From an uncultured Phycisphaerales bacterium (lineage in GTDB: Bacteria > Planctomycetota > Phycisphaerae > Tepidisphaerales > Tepidisphaeraceae), in assembly GCA_963844715.1 (NCBI GenBank), contig CAWJPJ010000006.1, forward strand, positions 800,001-864,000: a stretch of 64,000 nt of DNA, read 5' to 3'. Numbering within the stretch: the stretch's first letter is position 1; every line of letters begins with the position of its first letter. Of the stretch, positions 57,712 to 64,000 are shown piece after piece. The notes beneath the pieces are model-generated. The model did not search any database. It was not told where the DNA came from and saw nothing but the letters and a program-made list of their open reading frames with translations. The translations under genes were made by a program, and so were the position numbers.

Positions 57712-57817
57712 GCCACGGATGGGGCACAGATAAGATGGTTAGTTGCGAGTTGCCAGTTGCGAGTTGCCAGTAAATGCTTCGCTTTTAATCTGTGTGCATC
57801 TGTGCCCCATCTGTGGC
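57712..57817. repeat. inverted 9-mer-periodic arms enclosing a heptamer tract
   Basis: gccacggatggggcacagat ... (agttgcg agttgcc)x2 ... atctgtgtgcatctgtgccccatctgtggc. A solo arm is at 46982-47011. Confidence 0.8.
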
Positions 57818-57930
57818 GGTAATTCTTTTTCTTTTTTGCCGGAGGGCGGAGCTGCGCCCAATTAAAAAAGAGCAGCTTCGCCTCCGAGACGTATGGCTGG
57901 CGAAGCTGCTGGGATGAGAGTCGTGCAGTC

Positions 57931-58652
57931 GTTATCGGGCTGTCGCTGGTCTTCATTTTCTTTGCGAATCGGATTAGTCCGAGGGCCAGGAGGCCTAGGC
58001 CACCTTGCCAGACGGCTGCGGGGACGGGGACGACCACGCCGGGACCGGAGGGGGTGACGATGGGGATGGGCGTTCCGCCGGGGAGGACGACCTCAGAGGC
58101 GGTCAGGGGGATTTCCTTGAGGACGAAGTTGGTGCCGAGGCCGGCTGGGTCGGCATCGAGGGTTAAAACGCTGGGGTCGCCCCAGGTGCTGGTGACGCCG
58201 TTGGCCTGGGAGCCGCCGTAAACGATGACGGTCGAGCTGAAGAGGCCGCTGGTGTAACCGGTGCCGGGTTGGAACGGCGAGGACGTGGTGCTGGTGAAGG
58301 TGGCACCGCCGTTGTCATCGAGAAGTTGGAATTGGAATCCGCCCCAGGTCGAGCCGCTGCTGTTCTGCAACGATTCGCTGGAGAAGGTGATGGTAGGAGC
58401 GGCGGTCGAGGAGACCTGGGTGAAAGAGATCACCAATCCCTCGGCCATGGTCGAGAAATTTCCGGATTTGGTCAGGGTGAGATCGGTCGAGCTTGTCGTG
58501 GTGTTGGTCAGTGAGATCCCCGACGCTGGGGTGATGAGCCAGCCGTCGATGGTTGTGGGGGTCGTGAAGACGGTGGCCGCGGGCGCCGCGGCGGCTAGTA
58601 ACTCCACGACGGCAGTGCAGGCCACTGCCACAAATAATTTCCCGATTCGCAT
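57931..58652 (-). CDS. secreted protein with PEP-CTERM-like (VPVPAA) sorting signal; 3' end approximate
   Basis: Signal peptide, Thr/Ser-rich body, then VPVPAAVWQGGLGLLALGLIRFAKKMK. The ORF runs on to 57669, probably because an indel removed the stop. Confidence 0.75.
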
Positions 58653-58871
58653 ATGAAAGCCTCCTGAAAGACTGCGGTAAATCGACCCACTGAAGAACTA
58701 CATTGCTCTAGGGTGGTGCAAATTTCGGACCGATGCCCGCAAATGCAGTTTACTGATCGGTCGGTCTGACAAAGTGGCTTGAAGGAAAAGATGGGAAAGG
58801 ATTCAGCCGGAAAAATCGGCCAAATTGTCGAGGCGGAAACGGCGCGACGTCGGATGCGAAAATCTGAATGG

Positions 58872-60341
58872 CTAGTGTTTTTCCTTAACGAATTGGCGCA
58901 GTGCCTCGGTGATTTCGATTACAGGGTCGTTCCACTGCTCAATTTTGGTTTGACGGTAGATTCGCAAACTTGGGTAATACGGGGAATCTGCGCGGTTCAG
59001 CAAATATGTGAAATACGGGCAAATTGGAACCAGCGCCCAGACGGGTCGGCCGAGTGCGCCGGCGAGATGGACGGGGGATGAATCGACACTGATAACCAAG
59101 TCGAGGAACTGCATCAGGGCGGCGGTGTCCGCGAAATCGGCGACGTCGTCCATGAAATCGATGATTTCGAGGCCCGGCGGGCGCGCGTCGGCGGTGCGCG
59201 GGCCTTTTTGAAGGCTATAGAACTTGACGTTCTCCACGCTCGCCAGGGGCGCGTAGTTGTCGATTTTGTAGCTGCGCTGATTTTTTACGCTGCCGGCCCA
59301 GACGAGGCCGACCTTGACGGCTGACTCGCCGGCGAAGCGACCTTGCCATTTTGTCATGCGCTCTTCGGGGGGTTTCAGGTAGGGAATGACGGGTCGAAAG
59401 TTTTCCAGCGTGACTTTGAGGAGCCAGGGGGTGCTTTGCAGGGGGAATTGGAGATCGAATTCCGGGAGCTGGGCGCCGCGGGCGACGACTTGGACGGGGC
59501 GGCGCATGGATTGGAAGAGGGAGAGGAGTTCGGGTTGAACTTCGAGGATGAACTTTTCGCCGTTGTCGGGGAGCATTTCGACGAATTGGGCGAAGAAGAG
59601 CGTGTCGCCGAAGCCGCCCTCGGTGGTGAGGAGAATGCGTTTGCCCGGGGCGGGGGAGCCGTCCCAGCGCGGGTGGGGGAAATCGCGGACGAGATCAAGG
59701 GCGGGGATTTGCAGGCGGGCCTCGTATTCGTCCCAGCCTCGGGAGAGATTGCCTTCGCTGAGGTGGATGAGGGACCAGGTCCACAGGTATGGCGGGGATT
59801 GGGCGGCGCCCATATCGAGCAGGCCGGATCGTTTCAGATAGGCGGTGCGCTTTTCGAAATCGCCGAGGATGCCGAGGAGGGAACTGAGGTTGAGCATGAT
59901 CTGGGCGTTGTTGGGCAAGATGGCTTCGGCGCGGCGGAGGGCGTCGAGGGCCTCTCCCCAGCGGGCGAGTTCCATGAGGGTGACGCCCAGGTTGGAAAGC
60001 GTCGCGGGGTTTTGCGGGTTGATCTGGAGGGATTTATTGAGGGCTTCGACGGCGCCGTCCATCTCGCGGATGGCGCATAGCGAGATGCCGAGGTTGCTCC
60101 AGGATTCGGCGTCCCTCGGATCTAGGGCGATCGCTTTTTTGTGCGATTCGATGGCGGCAGCGAAATCGCCGGCGCTGTAGAGGGAGATTCCCAGGTGCTT
60201 GTGGACAGTGGGGTCGTGGGGATTAAAGGCGACGGCTCGGCGGAAGAGGACGATGGAATCGGCGAGTTGGCCGGCGTTTCGCTTGGCCTTGCCTTGGGCG
60301 AGCAAGGCTCGGGCGTGGGTTGGGCGGTCGGTGGTTGTCAT
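58872..60341 (-). CDS. TPR-repeat protein with GT-B (GT9-like) glycosyltransferase domain
   Basis: TPRs, GWDEYEAR, WDGS..GKRILLTTEGGFGD, KVGLVWAG and DFADTAALM..LDLVISVDSSPVHLAGALG. Confidence 0.85.
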   Translation of the reverse strand: MTTTDRPTHARALLAQGKAKRNAGQLADSIVLFRRAVAFNPHDPTVHKHLGISLYSAGDFAAAIESHKKAIALDPRDAESWSNLGISLCAIREMDGAVEALNKSLQINPQNPATLSNLGVTLMELARWGEALDALRRAEAILPNNAQIMLNLSSLLGILGDFEKRTAYLKRSGLLDMGAAQSPPYLWTWSLIHLSEGNLSRGWDEYEARLQIPALDLVRDFPHPRWDGSPAPGKRILLTTEGGFGDTLFFAQFVEMLPDNGEKFILEVQPELLSLFQSMRRPVQVVARGAQLPEFDLQFPLQSTPWLLKVTLENFRPVIPYLKPPEERMTKWQGRFAGESAVKVGLVWAGSVKNQRSYKIDNYAPLASVENVKFYSLQKGPRTADARPPGLEIIDFMDDVADFADTAALMQFLDLVISVDSSPVHLAGALGRPVWALVPICPYFTYLLNRADSPYYPSLRIYRQTKIEQWNDPVIEITEALRQFVKEKH

Positions 60342-60394
60342 ATTTCCTTCCGGGGCGGAATCTTACCGAAACTGGTCTGCGTGGCTAGAATCTG

Positions 60395-60670
60395 AGAGCG
60401 TCTCCCAATTTATAATAGCGTCTGCGTCGCCGCCCTTTGCGGCACAGGCTAGGCACGGCGACGAGTCGTATCAAGTGAAGCGATACGGCGAGGAGCCGTA
60501 ACGACGCATGGGCCGCAAAAGGCGGCGACCCGGAGGGTTGCGTCCAGGCGGGCCGTTCGCGTCGTTATCGCTCCTCGCCGGGTCGCTTTACTTGACCCAA
60601 CTCGTCGCTCTGCCTATGCCCGGCCCGCCTGGACGCAACGCAGACGCTATTATAAATTGGGAGACGCTCT
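60395..60670. mobile_element. non-autonomous structured element (MITE/REPIN-like) with perfect 33-bp terminal inverted repeats
   Basis: agagcgtctcccaatttataatagcgtctgcgt at 60395-60427 and its exact reverse complement at 60638-60670. Two internal inverted homologous arms. No convincing ORF. Confidence 0.7.
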
Positions 60671-60673
60671 ACT

Positions 60674-61036
60674 ATGTCCTTTGAAATCACGGCGACGGGG
60701 CATTTTTCCGCGAGTCATCAGCTTCGGATGTATGACGGGTCGCTGGAGCCGCTGCATGGGCATAATTGGAAGGTGAGCGTCACCGTGGCGGGGGAAAAGC
60801 TGGACAAAATCGGGGTGGTGATGGATTTTCACGTGCTGCACCGGCTTATGGAGCGGGCGGTGGGTGCGATGCATAACCGGCATCTGAATGACTTGCCGGC
60901 GTTTTCGCAGGCGAACCCCTCGGCGGAAAATGTGGCGGGTTGGGTGGGGAAGCAGATTGACTTGCCGGAGGGGATAAAGCTGGTGCGGGTGGAAGTCTGG
61001 GAGACTGATGATTTTTCGGCCGTTTATCGGCCGTGA
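60674..61036 (+). CDS. queD: 6-carboxytetrahydropterin synthase (PTPS family)
   Basis: FSASHQL, LHGHNW, VMDF, HLNDL, NPSAENVA and VWET. Confidence 0.85.
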   Translation: MSFEITATGHFSASHQLRMYDGSLEPLHGHNWKVSVTVAGEKLDKIGVVMDFHVLHRLMERAVGAMHNRHLNDLPAFSQANPSAENVAGWVGKQIDLPEGIKLVRVEVWETDDFSAVYRP

Positions 61037-61073
61037 GGAGGTCGCAGGATTTCTCTGTGCGCCGGACATAAAA

Positions 61074-61102
61074 TTGACCCTGTAAGACCCGATCAATAGG
61101 AT
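61074..61102 (+). promoter_or_regulatory. putative sigma70 promoter of mcsA-mcsB
   Basis: TTGACC-N17-TAGGAT, 16 nt upstream of the ATG at 61119. Confidence 0.45.
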
Positions 61103-61118
61103 TAAGAGCGGCAGCCAT

Positions 61119-61610
61119 ATGAAGTGCGACAGATGTAACAAGCTGGCAACGATCCACCTGACCGAAATCATCGGCGGCAAACAAATCCAAAAGCATCTTT
61201 GCGAGCAGTGCGCGGCGGAGACGGAAGTGCCGATCAAGCCGCATACGCCTATTAATGAACTGCTGACGAATTTCGTATTGGCGCACAGCGGGATGAGCAA
61301 GGAGACGGCCGCGGGTTGCGCAGTGCGGAATTAGCTGGGCGGAATTCCGGCAGAGCGGATTGTTTGGGTGCGAACACGATTATCCATTTTCGATAAGGAA
61401 TTGTCTCCCCTGCTTCAGCGAGCGCATGAGGGGGCGACGCATCATGTTGGGAAGGTCCCCACACGCCGGGGTGGGAGCAACGTGCCGGCGAAAAGGCAAC
61501 TGGATTTGGCGCGATTGCGGAAGGATTTGGCGCGGGCCGTGGAGGGGGAGGATTACGAGCGGGCGGCGAAGTTGCGGGATCAGATCCGATCGGCCGAGGG
61601 AGCGGCCTGA
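61119..61610 (+). CDS. mcsA: protein-arginine kinase activator with UVR domain; frameshifts near 61320 and 61385
   Basis: MKCDRC..ATIHLTEI, HLCEQCA, C..CG, LFGCEHDY, HVGKVP and EDYERAAKLRDQIR. Confidence 0.88.
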
Positions 61611-61616
61611 TTTGGC

Positions 61617-62670
61617 ATGAAACTCAGCGATCTAACCAGTCAGGCAGGCGAGTGGCTGCGCGGAAGCGGGCCGATGAGCGACATCGTGATCTCGTCGCGC
61701 ATCCGGCTGGCGCGCAATGTCGCGGGGTTCCGGTTCCTTTCCAAATGCACGCGGCATGATCGCAAATCACTCGAGAAAAAAATCCGCGATACGATTCTCT
61801 CGGCTCAGCTCTCCCTGAAAACGCTTTATGTGGACCTGGAAGAAGCGCCGGATATCGATCGGCAGTTGCTGGTCGAGCGGCATTTGATCAGCCGGCCGCA
61901 TAAGGACGCGGAGGGGGCGCGCGGCGTCGCCATCGGCGAGAACGAAACATTGGCCATCATGGTCAATGAGGAGGATCATCTTCGCATTCAGGTTCTTCGC
62001 AGCGGGTTGCAGCTTGAAGAGGCCTGGGAACAGATCAATGCGGTGGACGATCAACTCGAAGCGCTGCTTGATTTCGCGTTTCATCCGCGGTTTGGATATT
62101 TGACGGCTTGCCCGACGAATGTGGGGACGGGGATTCGGGTAAGCGTCATGCTGCATCTGCCGGGGTTGAAATTGGCGGGGGAAATTGAAAAAGTTTTCCG
62201 GGCGGCTAAGGATTTGAAATTGGCGGTGCGCGGGCTTTATGGGGAAGGGACGGAAGCGACGGGGGATTTTATCAGATTTCCAATCAGGCCACGCTTGGGC
62301 GCACCGAAGACGACATTATTCAGGATTTTAAGGATACGGTGATTCCGAAGATCATTGATTATGAACATCAGGGCGCAAGGCGCTGGTGGAGGATCGGAAG
62401 GTTGCGCTGGATGATAAGGTTTGCCGGGCGCTGGGGGTTTTGAGGTCGGCTCGGTTGCTGGCGCCGGATGAGACATTGGCGCTGCTTAGCCATGTGAGGC
62501 TTGGGGTGAATCTGAAACGGGTGGCGGATTTGGATATTAATAAGGTGAATGAATTGTTTCTGCTGACGCAGGAGGCGCATTTGCAGAAGATTTTGGGGAA
62601 GAAGTTGGAGGGGGAGGCGGAGAATGCGGCGCGGGCGGAGTTTGTGAGGCATCGACTGAACGGTGGGTAA
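61617..62670 (+). CDS. mcsB: protein arginine kinase; frameshifts near 62270 and 62380
   Basis: ISSRIRLARN, LVERHLIS, MVNEEDHLRIQ, GYLTACPTNVGTG, VRGLYGEG and RAEFVR. Confidence 0.92.
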
Positions 62671-62679
62671 AATACGGCC

Positions 62680-62918
62680 ATGACAATCGAGAAGATTCGG
62701 GAGTTTTGGCGGGCGGAACCTTTTCACAAATTCACAATTCATCTGGCGGATGGGCGCAATATTCCTGTGCACCATCGCGAATTCATGTCCATGTCGCCTA
62801 GCGGGCGGACGGTCAATGTTTACCAGCCTGATGATTCTCACAATATTGTGGATTTGCTGCTTGTGACGGACATTGAGATGGGGGTAAATGGGCGCGACGC
62901 GGGCGGCGGCGGGGTTAA
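62680..62918 (+). CDS. small hypothetical protein; end uncertain (ORF track runs to 63096)
   Basis: AEPFHKFTIHLADGRNIPVHHREF...IVDLLLVTDIE, 9 nt after mcsB. Confidence 0.6.
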
Positions 62919-62954
62919 GCGACACTCCACGAATTTCCGGATGCGAGCCTGTGC

Positions 62955-63458
62955 TTATGTATGCGGCCGCCTAGCCATTTCTTTGAAGTATTTGCGAAAG
63001 CGATCCGCCCGCGGATTCAGGCCGCCGTCTTCGGGAACTTCGCTGGCATCATATCCGATCGATCGTACGAGCTTTGCGTATTCCCGGAACTCGTGAGGGA
63101 CGTTGCCCGATCGCAGAAGCGCAAAGACCCGGCTGCGGACTCGCTTCTTTTGCTCATCCGAGAGCGAGGCCCGACGAAGTGCGCGAGCGGTGTTCGACTT
63201 CAAAATTTTGCCAAACGGGAAACCCTTGTCCTCTTCGATGAAGTCGATCCCGAGCGCGATACAGGCACGATCGCCGCTTTCAATTCCTGCGATCATTCTC
63301 TCCATTACCGGGTAAATCCAATGGCGACCGTCTGCAAAGTGCTCCTGGGGCGACAAGTCTTGCGGAGTTATCCCTAGCTCGGCTGCAAGTTGCGCATACC
63401 TCGACAGAATTCCCTCGCGGCTCCAGGGACCTTCTCCGTTGTAGTCGGTCACGCTCAT
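62955..63458 (-). CDS. hypothetical protein
   Basis: Clean 167-aa ORF with GGAAGG upstream and protein-like composition. Confidence 0.6.
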   Translation of the reverse strand: MSVTDYNGEGPWSREGILSRYAQLAAELGITPQDLSPQEHFADGRHWIYPVMERMIAGIESGDRACIALGIDFIEEDKGFPFGKILKSNTARALRRASLSDEQKKRVRSRVFALLRSGNVPHEFREYAKLVRSIGYDASEVPEDGGLNPRADRFRKYFKEMARRPHT

Positions 63459-63732
63459 ACGATGACTGCCTTCCGCCGGTTGAACGTAGCGGAAACCTTC
63501 TAAATTGTACCAAGAACACGCTGATGGAATGCGCGATGGGAGGGGTCAGTGAGCCCATGCGAGGAAACTACCCGACAAATCATCCCGCGGGCCGGCTCAG
63601 GCCGGAGATGATGGATTATTGGTCCCGCCAGAAAAAACATTGAGAAATTTGCCCCGCGGCGCGACGAATCGTACCTCCAATTCGTGGTTTGAAAATTGCG
63701 CCAGTCACTTACTCTGGATAACGAGGGAAAAT

Positions 63733-64000
63733 ATGACATCTAACCATTGCATCGTCGAGCAGCTTGAGGGTCGGCAGCTTTTGAGCGCGGCGCCGATCGC
63801 GTTTGCGGGGTCGGCGGTTAGCACGACCGGCGCGGTGCAGGATACGCTGCTGATGACCGTGCAGGCGACGGGCAATGGGTTCACGGATAAGTTTATTCTG
63901 ACGGACAATTCCGGGAATATCACGGTTCTGAATTTCAGCATGAAAGCGAACGGGACTTTCACGGATACGCAGGGGGTTTTGACGGTGGCCGGGAAGATGG
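63733..64000 (+). CDS. exported protein with planctomycete LEPR-xLL-type N-terminal signal; 3'-partial
   Basis: Manual translation MTSNHCIVEQLEGRQLLSAAPIAFAGSAV..., with GAGGG upstream and open to the window end. Confidence 0.7.
   Translation, partial: MTSNHCIVEQLEGRQLLSAAPIAFAGSAVSTTGAVQDTLLMTVQATGNGFTDKFILTDNSGNITVLNFSMKANGTFTDTQGVLTVAGKM

Noticed and set aside
46886..57817. CRISPR array or integron attC array in the repeat-rich region
   Set aside because: No constant repeat with regular unique spacers, no cas or integrase gene, and no consistent RYYYAAC/GTTRRRY cassette ends.
57669..57930. C-terminal extension of the VPVP-CTERM protein
   Set aside because: It runs through intergenic repeats into the convergent adh stop. 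The sorting signal should be terminal, so a lost stop is likely.
60395..60670. preQ1 riboswitch or tRNA/SRP RNA upstream of queD
   Set aside because: The size, symmetry and perfect terminal inverted repeats do not fit those RNAs. I saw no preQ1 hairpin with A-rich tail and no tRNA T-loop.
1200..62400. Programmed ribosomal frameshifting or true pseudogenes
   Set aside because: Breaks are scattered through unrelated conserved genes with no shared slippery motif. Sequencing error is the simpler explanation.

Overview
High-GC bacterial genomic window. Inferred origin is Planctomycetota, probably Phycisphaerae/Tepidisphaerales, based on the LEGRQLLS export signal, PEP-CTERM/VPLPA-type proteins, (P/A)TTQP motifs and the TPR-glycosyltransferase expansion. 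About half of the genes are split by small frame changes, including conserved genes such as mdtB, mcsA and mcsB; these are most likely uncorrected long-read indel errors. Genes include TPR-GT41 and TPR-glycosyltransferases, a PHP-GT4 fusion, hydrolases, oxidoreductases, an aquaporin, a Na+/H+ antiporter, mdtABC, msrPQ, a PL10 pectate lyase, a prolyl oligopeptidase, metG, four PEP-CTERM-like proteins, a GH15 fused to a ferredoxin, a lower-GC island with an OLD-like ATPase-TOPRIM gene, VOC, MOSC-reductase, TolC/MarR, a PIN toxin-antitoxin pair, an alcohol dehydrogenase, queD and mcsA-mcsB. No rRNA, tRNA, CRISPR array, transposase or integrase was recognised. The most unusual signals are four. 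(1) A 276-bp element with perfect 33-bp terminal inverted repeats whose two inverted arms show compensatory base changes. (2) Intergenic-type REP palindromes inserted in frame into the MOSC gene. (3) A mosaic of nested 6-, 7-, 8- and 9-mer periodic repeats separating accessory genes at 46.9-57.8 kb. (4) The GH15-ferredoxin fusion.
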